Assembly (NCBI GenBank): GCA_965644265.1
Contig: OZ286476.1
Coordinates: 4,650,001 to 4,714,000, forward strand
Source: Glycera tridactyla
Lineage: Eukaryota
Direction: 5' to 3'
Length of the DNA stretch: 64,000 nt
The notes below the pieces were generated by a model. It had not been told where the DNA came from and did not search any database. It saw only the letters and a list, made by a program, of their open reading frames with translations. A program made the translations under genes and the position numbers. This document shows, piece after piece, positions 12,411 through 23,866 of this stretch. How positions within the stretch are numbered: position 1 is the first letter of the stretch; the number at the start of each line of letters is the position of its first letter.

Positions 12411-13176
12411 CAACCGCTGCCTGAGTACCATGAAAAACTTGGATGGTGTTATTCTGCCACACTTCTCAGACAGGAACTCAGGATGGAGAAATTGAAAACT
12501 ATGTTGAAATCCACAAAGTGATACTTGGCATCTCTACCCCAGAGCTCAGAAATCTCTTCACATTAAAAAATCCCCTTGCCCATATTCCCATCAGATCTGC
12601 AGCTCAGAGAGATTTACTCTTAACTTTCCCACACTACTGTCTTGTTTTCCTCGACTGCAACATTAGATTCAGAGGAGCCTCCCTTCGGAACTCTCTTCCG
12701 ACTGACATCAGAACTTCTCCCACTATCTCGTCTTTCGAACAGGCTTCTTTCCTTTTTCTTAGTGTAATAAGATCCTCTATCACTAAGAAATAATCCAATG
12801 TACAAACGCAATGCACAGGTAGCCGTGAAAAATACGCAGAATGAACAGTGCAGTGCTACTATTTTTATCTGATCTTCTCTTTTTCTTCTCTTCTCTCTTC
12901 TTTCTTCGTCTATTTCTTTCACTCTTCCTATTTTTTTCTCTCTTCCCCTTACTCTTTCTTTCTTTCTTTTTCTCTCTCTATCTTCCTACCTTCCTCCAGA
13001 TCAATTTTTTTTTTATTTAGCTACTCACCTACTGTCACTCGACTTTCTTTCTCTGAATGTTAGTATTACTCTTCCCGGTTTATATGCTACCCATTTGTTT
13101 ATTCTCACGCTAGAACATCATCCCCTGCGGTCACATGTCTTCTGTTCGATGAAGTTTATCTTATCTTATCTTATCT
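12410..13176 (+). mobile_element. L2/CR1-group LINE 3' end
   Basis: RFRGASLRNSLPTDIRTSPTISSF (ORF2 C-terminus), pyrimidine-rich 3' UTR and (TATCT)n tail. The terminal motif gcggtcacatgtcttctgtt resembles that of the 3744-4707 tail. Confidence 0.75.
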
Positions 13177-14543
13177 AATCATCATCATCATCATTATCAT
13201 TGTGATCATCGACATTATCATATACGTATTCTTTTTCACTCATTTTTTTCTGGTGTTTGCATGACTTTGTACATCAGCTCTGTGATGTTTTGACTTTCAC
13301 ACTTTTTGTGAAGTTCCTACATTCAACCACTGCCATGGTGCCTATGTGATGTAGAACATATTGCACGACTCATTGGAGCCGGAGAAACAGGATCACACAG
13401 CAAATGCTTTCCACACTTGAACTCCTGTCGGCAGCTTCTGGCATAATCTAGACCAGGAGTGGATGCATCTCTAAGGGTTTCCTGCTATCTTTGAAGTATT
13501 TTTCCCCAAGAGTAGCTAGACATAGCTATACACTCTCAAGCAGTGTTATGACATGATCCATCCCAACATTAAGAATATGGTTCAACACTGTGGTGTGCAC
13601 AGAACCCATTCTCAGGTATACCACCGTGGATCATGGGACCAAGTAGTGGTTGGATAGACGTGACTGCAATCCGAAATTATCACAGTTCGGGTGATATTGA
13701 GAGCATACTAAGAAACTAACCCAGAATCTTACTGTCTTTGTTAATTGATCGTTGTAATCAATGATCAATGTGAGATATTGCCTCTCAGCCGGTAAGTGTC
13801 TGTTAAAGATTCAAGCAGAGATTCTGGCCCCTGCAACAATCGGTATCTGTCCGTGTGAGACAAGATTCAAGTGCAGATTTCTGGAAGGCACGAATACATT
13901 CCCAAAATTGTGTTTGTATAGGTAGAAGAGTGCCCCAAGTCGACAGAAGACTGATGGGAACTATTCCAGCAAAGGAGAAGCATAAAGCTAGACACAATAT
14001 CAACATGCCGCATCCAGCTAGTGTATCATACAGACCCATTGTCTGCAACACTGAGCGCATTGCTGACACACCCAGAAGAGATGAGGTTACTTCATGGTAC
14101 CATATTGATCTACAGAAATACATGCAAATTATTCCAATTGAGTCAATCTCATCAGCTCTATCTCAAATACTTTATCTATAGGGTCTGCTGGATGCAAATT
14201 GAGGGGGGGGGGGGGGTAGCATTTTGTAATCCCTTTCACTTTGATGCTAAAAAGGGCAACTTACCAAATGCTTTCGTTTGGAATCCCAATTCATTGGTCG
14301 AAATTATCTGAGAAGGTAGACACCGAATGGCCGATCACTCACAAATGAAATCTGATCAAGAGTTCTTGTCCTGTCCTCATGTTCATTCTGAGTGAATCTA
14401 ATGATTCTAAATCTCTGATTGGTGTTATAGGCCTTCTACATTCCAGTTCTTGGGGGTCCCTGGGTATGCACCACGTTTATATGGTATTGTGAATGCACCC
14501 CTTCTCGTCCATCTTCCTGGCTTTATATCTCTCTTCACTCCAG

Positions 14544-14589
14544 ATTTTCTGTTCTTCTTACGATATGTATGGTAACGTAGAATACCACG
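14544..14589 (+). pseudogene. Defective micro-exon cassette (YDMYGNVEYH) with eroded acceptor
   Basis: Donor cacg|gtaagt and flanking introns are homologous to the 20608 cassette. The homologous acceptor is deleted, and the only upstream AG gives 46 nt and a stop in phase 1. Confidence 0.45.
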
Positions 14590-16288
14590 GTAAGTTTGGT
14601 CCAACATTCATTTCTTCACGTACAAAATTGGCTTTTGTGGAGAGGATGGTAAAGTAAGACAAACCACTAGCTCAGCATGTACATAAGCCAAATTTGTACA
14701 AATATTATGACTCCTGCAAATAATCAAATACATCTGTTGAATTAACTTCCATGAAATGGTGTCCTATATTCGCCCCATTGTATCACTTTTCCTAGTGTAT
14801 GTCAGTTTTTTGCAACTAAGAGAGTATGTCTGTTGTAATCAAGGTGTGTCATATTTCACACATTGGTAGTCATTTCTCTAATATATGGTGAATATAATAA
14901 TTTTCCACAATCAGAAAACTAATCTTCAAATGTGAGGTGGCTCCAGAATGTGGAGCACTGAGGACCACCTCTCTAATCAGAAGATGGGAATCAAGAATCA
15001 ACAATCAAGAACTTTTATTATGCAAATATTTACACAGAATACACATCAACATAACAGTGTACAGCATAACACATAACCCATTTACTATGATATGATCATG
15101 ACTATACAGTAGTATATGGGAATGTGTGTTCCAAGTGAATCCGAAGTGTCATATCAAATGCTTTTGCAAACATATGCATCTAGCCTCGTCTCCAACAGTC
15201 ACAATTATAACTGGAGTGGATATTTATGAGTTTTATAAGATTGATATGAAGTATAGGATATGATGATGCTTGAAGCTATGTGGGTACATACATACAGGTA
15301 ACACCCCAGGTCTGGGTAAATTCGTTGATACAGTCATTTGAGCCAGTAAATTACATTGAATTAGTAAGATATGTGTGTGTGCTCTATCCTCAAATGGATA
15401 CTCTCTTCAATTCTTTGCTCTCACTTGCAATTGCTCTTCAAGTTTTGGACTAACATGCAACAATTCATCATGTTTCTTATTTGCCCATCCATTCCATCAT
15501 ATTTGGTCATAATAGAGCTTTATTTTTGGCTTGGAGTAACGATAATGTGACTCCAACTCAGTGAATGGCGAATGCAGAGAGGTTGTTGGCGCCTCATCGA
15601 CTGCTTCATTTCCAGGAATCCGACATAGATTTATCGGACCCTTTTGGCTTCCACATAGAGATTTCCAGTAAAGCTTGATTATGCATGAAATTGAGGATTT
15701 CTATCTTGGAGGGGCATTAGATTGCAGAGGCATACGTTTGTACACATATAATCCCAATTTGAGCACACTAGTGTTCGCTAAACCATGTACAATGTCTCCC
15801 AATCAGCTCTCAATCTCAGCCATAAGAGCACCTTCAGTATATCAGGTGTATGGAAGTTTTTGATCATGCGTCCCTGAATTTTGATTTCAAATGTTAGTCA
15901 TCTGCTGAGACCAGGTCCAGAACCATTGTTTGCTCCACTACAGGTATTGCTGACCGATCCACAAGGGATGAGCTTCTCCAGCATATCTTATTGATCCCGG
16001 GAATAAGTGGGAATTTTGAAATATTTGAAGTTGTTCTCATTATCGGCCCAAACTTGAAGCATGTATAGTGTCTGATGGATGAGAATCGCCATCCTGTTCA
16101 CTTTCGTAGTTTTGAGTAGATCTCATGATTCAATATCTCCACTTGGTGCCATGGGTCATGTTCATTATAGTCCTCGGTGGTCCCTTGGAAATTTTCTGTG
16201 GGAAAGGAACTGCACCATGCGCATGTGGTATCGTGAATCAACCCTTATTATTCGTCTTCACACATCGAATTATCTTTCCTCTCCTCAG

Positions 16289-16324
16289 ATAATCCTTACT
16301 GGAGAGATCAAAAAGACAAACGTG
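16289..16324 (+). CDS. 36-nt phase-1/phase-1 micro-exon (DNPYWRDQKDKR)
   Basis: tttcctctcctcag| ... |gtaagt. Length is a multiple of 3, the frame is open with exon 1, and the flanks are homologous to the other cassettes. Confidence 0.6.
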
Positions 16325-17263
16325 GTAAGTATTGTCATTCATTTCCTCATGGACATGATACTTTTGGAACCGGCCTATAAAACCCACAATGGTGGCACTG
16401 AGATTGGCTTCTGTGAAGGTGATAGTATAGTAAAGCCAACTAATGGTGCAACATACACATTATCAAAATTTGTCTGAATACTACCACTTATACAATTACT
16501 TAAATACGTCTTTCCAATCTTTTGAATCATGTTTCCACATTATATCACTTCTCCCTGGTGTATGATTGATTTGCTCAATAAGGATAGTATGTCTTTTGAA
16601 TTTATTTCTATCACAAGGTGTGTCTTATTTCACACATCGTTATATATTTCCCTGATGTATAACAGTTTTCCACAATTGGGAAACTAATATTCAACTGTGA
16701 GATGGGTTCATTTATGAAGCAATGACGATCAACTGATTTTTTCAAGAGTTGTGAATGGGTAAGTTACGTATGTGTGCTCTATCCCAAAAAATTAACCAAC
16801 TATCCTATCTCTTCTTCTCATTGCTTTCACCGGGACATACTCATGTATTGGGTCAATGTACTAAAATTATTCATTTACTTTTTTGTCCATCCATTTTGTC
16901 ATATCCGGCTGGAATAGAGGTCCAGTAGAGTTCAAGAGTTCTAGAGATTTATTGACAGAGATGGGAAAAAAATACTCATCTCCAGTTCATGAAACAAGTT
17001 GCAACCCAATGACACAAACACAAAATCTCTGTTTTACCGTATTAGATGATGACCATTAACTTCGAAGTGTTCTTTTCACGGAAGTTCAGGCAGCGGGCCC
17101 ATGTCATGATCATCACCCCTTCATCGACAACCAAATTTCTGGAAAAACACACACACACACAAACGCACACATAGACACATACCAACGACCATACACAGTT
17201 ACTTTCTATGCACCCATAGCCATGCCATGGTCAACAGCCTTCAGCATATAGCAGAAACTTTGG

Positions 17264-17355
17264 GATACTGCACGAACTCGAGGATACTGCACGAAATCGG
17301 GGATACTGCACGATCTCGGAGATACTGCGCGAACTCGGTGATACTGCTCACGATA
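17264..17355. repeat. 19-bp tandem repeat x5
   Basis: gatactgc at 17264, 17283, 17302, 17321 and 17340. Confidence 0.9.
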
Positions 17356-17639
17356 TCTCATAGTGAGAACCAGGCCAACAAGTGGCAGAGACGCGGTCAT
17401 AGCATGTGATAAAGTCTGTTATCCCACCTTCAACACTCATGTCTACATATTTGGGCATGGCAGACAAGATATTACACAGATACGCCCACACACGCCTCAG
17501 TTTGAAGTAGGAAAAATGGATCGCCCTCTCAGTGAATGGCAAACTTAGAGCAGGTGTTGAAACTTTATCAACCGCCGCATTGCCAGCAATTCAAGTATGA
17601 CTTGGAAACCAACAGAATCAGATTTTATCATCCGATGTC

Positions 17640-17920
17640 GATTCTAGCGTGTTGGGAAGCTGCTGTGTCCGGCCCGCGTCGGCGACCCGCTTCACGTCGT
17701 GGGAGATTAGCGCTACGCGAATCCGCCCTGTGATTGGTTGCTTCAATCACGTGACTATTCGGATTTCAAACTTTTAAGGAAAGAAATGGAAATGGTGAGA
17801 TTTTAGGTCCACTTTCTGCACGGCTTTCAACAGTGTTCAAATGGCATTCTCGTGCGTCCACGGGGACCGCTACTCGGCGTGTACGGTCTCCACGTACCCG
17901 GCACTCGGGGCATTCTTTAT
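17640..17920. promoter_or_regulatory. CpG-rich promoter-like segment
   Basis: A GC box (ccgccc), inverted CCAAT (gattgg) and palindromic E-box (tcacgtga) cluster within about 40 bp (17723-17756), in locally CpG-rich DNA. Confidence 0.35.
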
Positions 17921-18330
17921 AATTACGATCTCAGCAGGGTCTGTCTGTGATTTGGGTCGCTGTCATAATTTCCAAAATGAGCCGTAATTCAAGGATCTCC
18001 TTTTTTTTTTTTTTTTTTTTCGATATGTTAGCCAGAGGCATATAGCTGTCATGTTTAGTTAGCTTGGCTGGATTACAATTTTGAACAGCTCTGCAGGCCA
18101 AACTTCATTCTGCAAAAATTTGGCTTCTGCATGAAGACTTTCAGCATGTGATGGAATCAAATAGTCCTATATTAAACGGCCATACAGAAGCATAAGTTTT
18201 TTCACCAATAATCTAAATGTGATCCCACAAGTGATCAATAGGCCATGAACAAATTGGTATCCATCCCTGGTCCTCCGTCTTCTTGCATATATATCTCTCT
18301 TCACATCAGATTTTCTGTTTTTCTCTTCAG

Positions 18331-18372
18331 TGAATAACCGAGGCAGTCAAGGTCAAAAAGAAGACCGCGGTG
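18331..18372 (+). CDS. 42-nt phase-1/phase-1 micro-exon (VNNRGSQGQKEDRG)
   Basis: ttttctgtttttctcttcag| ... |gtaagt, with an open phase-1 frame. Confidence 0.6.
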
Positions 18373-18685
18373 GTAAGTGTGGTCTTACATTTATCTCATC
18401 ATGGACGAGATATTCTTGAAGCTGTTTGTAAAATCACATCAGTCACATCAAAATCGCCTTCAGTAGAAAAAATAGTGAAGTAGAAAAAAACTACTGGGCT
18501 GGCATGAACATGATCCAAATTGGTCTAAATACTCCCACTCATGCAAATAATCAAATGTATCATTTGAATCATCTTCCAGGGTGTCTCCTATTTTTCACAT
18601 TCAAGTATCAGACTGATGTGGTGTGATTCATCATGTGCCTTCCATTAAAATCTGTACCTGCCTTCCCACTACTTTATGCCGGGAT

Positions 18686-18950
18686 TTTAATTCAATTCAA
18701 TTCAATTCAAAAGAACTTTATTGACATCTTATCACTGGAGTGACATTGATACTAATTACAATAAAGTATACTACATAACTTAACTACGGGCACAGAAATA
18801 CAGTTCATGAGTACATGAGCACAGAAATACAGGTCAAGGGTGCATAGTAGGCTATATACAGTCATTATAAAGTCATTGTTGAGCTCCAAAGAATTACTAT
18901 TTACAATTAATAGATGCATACTCGGCCTGCTGCTATTACATATATGCTGT
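18686..18950 (-). mobile_element. Short LINE 3' tail
   Basis: AATAAA followed by a (TTGAA)n tail on the minus strand at about 18688-18722. Confidence 0.45.
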
Positions 18951-18978
18951 GCGATCATTAGGTGACCTGTGAGGTACT

Positions 18979-19164
18979 NNNNNNNNNNNNNNNNNNNNNN
19001 NNNNNNNNNNNNNNNNNNNNNNNNNNNNNNNNNNNNNNNNNNNNNNNNNNNNNNNNNNNNNNNNNNNNNNNNNNNNNNNNNNNNNNNNNNNNNNNNNNNN
19101 NNNNNNNNNNNNNNNNNNNNNNNNNNNNNNNNNNNNNNNNNNNNNNNNNNNNNNNNNNNNNNNN
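18979..19164. other. Assembly gap
   Basis: Run of N. Confidence 1.
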
Positions 19165-20607
19165 GAGGTCGAGGATGGGGTTGGGGTGTGTGGTTTCCCT
19201 ATTTTGCCCTTGTGCCAGCGTCGGAGAGTTGGTGCCTTCTTTTTTTTCAAAACCTAGCAAAGTGAACCTTCCCAGCGCCATTGCAGGCAATTCAGAATCC
19301 ACTAGCACGATGGATCCACTAATCCATCACTTAATCCATCCACTATTCTTGAAGGCTCAACCATAATCGAACACCGACAAACGTCATCCGCCATTTCTTT
19401 ATGCCTTCTGATTTACATCTTGACATATTCTTGCATGTTATATTGGCTGTACTTGTTTCACCATCACGTTATGAATGGATCATTATTCAAAATTCTCTCA
19501 TATCGAGGAATATCCCATCCTCAGACTTGTACACTGAATATGGAAAGATTCCATGTTTAAGTGACATAAAATTCCAGAAAATACAGATCTAAAATAGCCA
19601 TTCGGAGCAAGTATGCCAAAAGCTCCTAAAATCTGCATCCTATCTGCCCTCATGAATTCTCACAGCAGGAGAGATCACTTACAATCTTATGAAGAATTAA
19701 GCGCCCAACATGGGACACATCCAACTACCAGGGTGGCGATCCTGGAGGGTGATGTAGGATTCAGTCATTCAGCCCAGCTCCGATGCGCACTCTCCGGGTC
19801 AGAAGCTTAAAGGGCCAAATTTCAGTGCACAACGTTCATATTCAGTTGATGATTGGAATATGTAAAATTTTCAGCTCCGAATCTTAATTTCTCTAGGAGA
19901 TACGTGGTCAGACATGTTTTACTAAGTTCCTCTAATGAACTAAGCAGCAGGGCCTACTACGCATTTTTCGTGAAATACTCGCTTCGACCCCTGCCCCTCC
20001 CCCGCCGTCGGCCCAAATGAGGGAACAAGTATTCAGGGTCTCAAAAGAAATTCTACGAATTTCACTATTCTATGTTTATGTGATGAATTGGTTTCTTCTG
20101 CAAAGAATGATCCGTGAATTGCTTGGGTTTGCAGAAGAAACTAATTCAGCACATAAGCATGACATTGGAGTTTGACAGGGATGTTTGAATGGGGAATGTG
20201 TTGTTCTATGAAGTGCAACAATTGAGGATATTCCAAATCTATACTTTCCTTTGATAAAGTTAGGATATATTCCAACTACTCACGAACAAACAGAAGGACA
20301 TTTAGTACCTGGACAGCCAATAACATTTTCCTCACTCCTGTGAAATCTGATAGTTCTAAGTGAATTTCATCCATCTGAAATTTCATTTCAAAATTGGTGA
20401 AAATGTTTCCAAATAGGCACCCAGTGAAGGGGGTTTAATGATATATTGATGAGCCTGCTGGAGGTGCCCGCACCCCACATGCCACTGAGTAAACGGGGTC
20501 GTGGCAGCTGCGTCCCTATCTATATGGTATTGTGAATCCACTCTCTCTCATCCGTCTTCCTGCCTAAATATCTCTCTTCAATTCAAATTTTCTTTTTTTC
20601 TATTCAG

Positions 20608-20646
20608 AAAAGTATATGGATCCTTGGGGTAATGTGAAAGAGCACG
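20608..20646 (+). CDS. 39-nt phase-1/phase-1 micro-exon (EKYMDPWGNVKEH)
   Basis: ttttctttttttctattcag| ... |gtaagt, with an open phase-1 frame. Confidence 0.6.
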
Positions 20647-21263
20647 GTAAGTTGGGTTTGACATTTATTTCATTATGGATGAAATTGATGTTCGTGGAAA
20701 GAGGATGGTAAAAGTAAGACAAACTACCGGGTCAGCATGCACATGATCCAGATTGTATAAATATTTTCACTCTGGGGAAAAAAGAGTACGTCTGTTGTAA
20801 TATTTTCTATATCAAGGTGGGTCATATCTCAAACATTGTAAGAAATTTCTCTAATATATGATAAATATGATAATTTTCAAGAATCAGGTAACTAATGTTC
20901 AGATGTGAGGTGGCTCCGGGATGTGCAGCAATGAGGATTATAGTAAGAAACAACGCCCGTGGAATATTCAAGTTATATTCAACGAGGTGGGAGTCAGAAA
21001 AACTCCCGATGGAACTCCAACCAAGTTGGATATCAATTGAATATTCCACGGGCATTGTTTCTCACGTTTATACCATGGATTGGTCAATATAAATGGTCAA
21101 ATTACCTGCAGAACCAGACCGTCAGAGCGCCTTCAAAGCACGAGTGCGAGGACGCGCATTGATATCAAAAACAAACTGGAGACGCGGGATTTAGTTTGTT
21201 TATGTTTGCGCGTCCCGCCGGCCTCCCGATCATTCTATCGTCATCGTCGTCATCAGGTCATCA

Positions 21264-21429
21264 NNNNNNNNNNNNNNNNNNNNNNNNNNNNNNNNNNNNN
21301 NNNNNNNNNNNNNNNNNNNNNNNNNNNNNNNNNNNNNNNNNNNNNNNNNNNNNNNNNNNNNNNNNNNNNNNNNNNNNNNNNNNNNNNNNNNNNNNNNNNN
21401 NNNNNNNNNNNNNNNNNNNNNNNNNNNNN
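21264..21429. other. Assembly gap
   Basis: Run of N. Confidence 1.
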
Positions 21430-22542
21430 CTCTTAATACCATATAGCACGGATGGTGGCAAATTGCCCAAATTACTCGGGAGGCGAAACAACATTTTTGA
21501 TATTAATTTTGATTTTTGGATCAGAAAGATACATCTCGTGATGCCCATCCACATGTTTTTCCCTATGACGACAACTTGAATGATCCTCGATCCAGAGTCA
21601 GAAAAACAACTTGGGAATACTGCGGCCCGACCCCCTACACGAAAAATTAAACTGCCATCTGCACTTTCCCTCGCCTCTCATTGACTCCGCTAGATGGGGG
21701 TCTGCAGCTACCTACCCAGCCCCAGTGAACTCGTGCAGCTACGAGTTTAACCAATATTCTTCAGACATATTGAAGGAATCCACCGTCAACCTCCATGTGC
21801 TACCATATAATGATAACTCATGCTAGTATCTACTCTTATTCTCACTCTTCACTTGCAGGCGTGTACACATAGAGACAGGAGACGGGCTGAACGTTGCGTT
21901 GGCTATTGAGGCCCAACAAACGTTTTCGAGCAAAGGAAATCTTGGTAGTGAAAGGCCGTCCAAAGTTACTCTTCTTGGGTGACTCCCATGTGATCCGCCT
22001 AACTGATGACAATTTCTATCTGAATGTTAATTGTTATCGCATCCTGTCCAGGGAGATCATCTCAAAGGTTGTGGACTACAAGGACACTGAAGACTGACAT
22101 AGATGAATATCCAAAGAAATACATCTATGCCGGAAAAAGGCTGCTGATGCCTCTGATAGACACTCAGCATTGATTTGTCCTGACTTAACCAACACCGACA
22201 GTTCACATAAGAACTGGATATTGAACCATAATTAACCATACTGAATAAAGTTGTTCAAACTCACCTCAAAGCGCTTGTTGTACTAATTCTGAAATACAAC
22301 TCTGCACGCAATGAATATGCATCGACGATGAAAAGGGCCGCTGACTTGAGACGGAACTTGACCGACCCAACTGTACCATTGAGGCACAATCCCTCCTTCC
22401 ATGTACCTCTGCCCTCCTCACCGGCTTTTGTATCAGGTGATCACCCTGAGTGTGAATTATGAAAATAATGTCTTGTGTTTCACCCCTTCATATTTAGTTT
22501 TCACCGCCACATGAAGATAATTGCATATATGATCTGTATCAT

Positions 22543-22800
22543 TGAATTGAATTGAATCGAAGAAAACTTTATTCAAGAAGCATGGATGAATCATATTACA
22601 TGCTCAATGGTCGGCTTAACTAATAAACAAGTATATACAATACATAATGCAATGGAAGTGAAGAGTATATAAGACTACAGTGAATTTTTACAGGAACATG
22701 GTGAGAGGAGTGAGTGACTCACAGAGCTATATTTACATTTCCAGGGGTTAAAGTCACTGAAAAGCATTGAAACCTTGGCAACAACATCTCACCTACGACT
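22543..22800 (-). mobile_element. Short LINE 3' tail
   Basis: AATAAA followed by a (TTCAA)n-type tail on the minus strand at about 22543-22573. Confidence 0.45.
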
Positions 22801-23866
22801 TCATGTGGACTTAGAAGCACTGTCCAAACTGCGTTATGCTGATGCTATGTTTGCCCTTGTCCCAGATCCTTTTTTATTCATTTGAACATGATTATACTAT
22901 ACTCTATTTATTTTTCACTTTATATTATATGTGTCAATGAGTATAACATGAACTATCCTGTAGCCAGATGTATGTCACCAGATATGTGACCAGGTATTTT
23001 TGCAATATTTGCTCTCCCAAACTAATGAATATCACATATGTTGCAATCCTAGTGTCTCTGAGACAAACTAGGAAAGGCGTCAACTGGATCTCACAATCAC
23101 CATGACCTGGTTTAGAAAATCAAAATTCAAATTCGAAATGGGTCACGATTTTAGATTTTAGATTTTATTCAAGTTTCTATACTCGTACAGGAGGTACAGG
23201 TACCATATCTTCTCGTATGAGTACCTAGGATATAAATGACAAAAAACATGGCGTTTGAGTGAGGTAGGGTTAATAAAACAATGCAAAAATGCTAAGAAAC
23301 AGCTACAGTAGGAGCAAGAGCTGTACAGATAGGAAATGTGAGATAAGGAAAGAAAGAGGAGAAAGAGAAAGAGCAAAGAGAATAGAGTGATGAAAGAGAA
23401 AGAAAGCAGACAGAAAAGCAGACAGAGGGGTAGGCATATGAATTAAAAATTAGGGACATATAATGCACAGAGCAGATAAGTCTGACGCTTTAGACTGCAG
23501 AAATACGTAGACATATTATACCTCCAAGGCTAAGGAGCTTTAAACAGAGACTCGGTAGCTACCAAGGCTAAGAAGATATTGCTAAACCACTAAACCCTTC
23601 CATATAGCTCAGGAGCGACCATGATATTCGTACACTTATGAAAGGAATAAATAAGAAATAAATAAGAAGGAAGTACATTTCAGTATCGAGCGTGCATGAG
23701 TAACCATCAATGAATATGTATGTATTTCCATATAACTCAGGGTAGACCATGATATTCGTACTGGTATAAAGACAGTGCAAAAGCCAGTGAACCGACGGTT
23801 TGTATGTCCTCACAACCACGGGGCAGAAATTTCTCAAGCCATTTGACAAATCGTGCTACTGTTATT

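Noticed and set aside
13330-14180. Possible transposase relic (ORFs 13803-14181)
   Set aside because: No diagnostic motif could be recognised with confidence.
14990-16060. Possible old LINE 3' fragment (GDEARCIC motif, AATAAA tail)
   Set aside because: Too degenerate to delimit or classify, so not listed as a feature.
18936-21579. ORFs spanning N runs
   Set aside because: They are artefacts of the assembly gaps.
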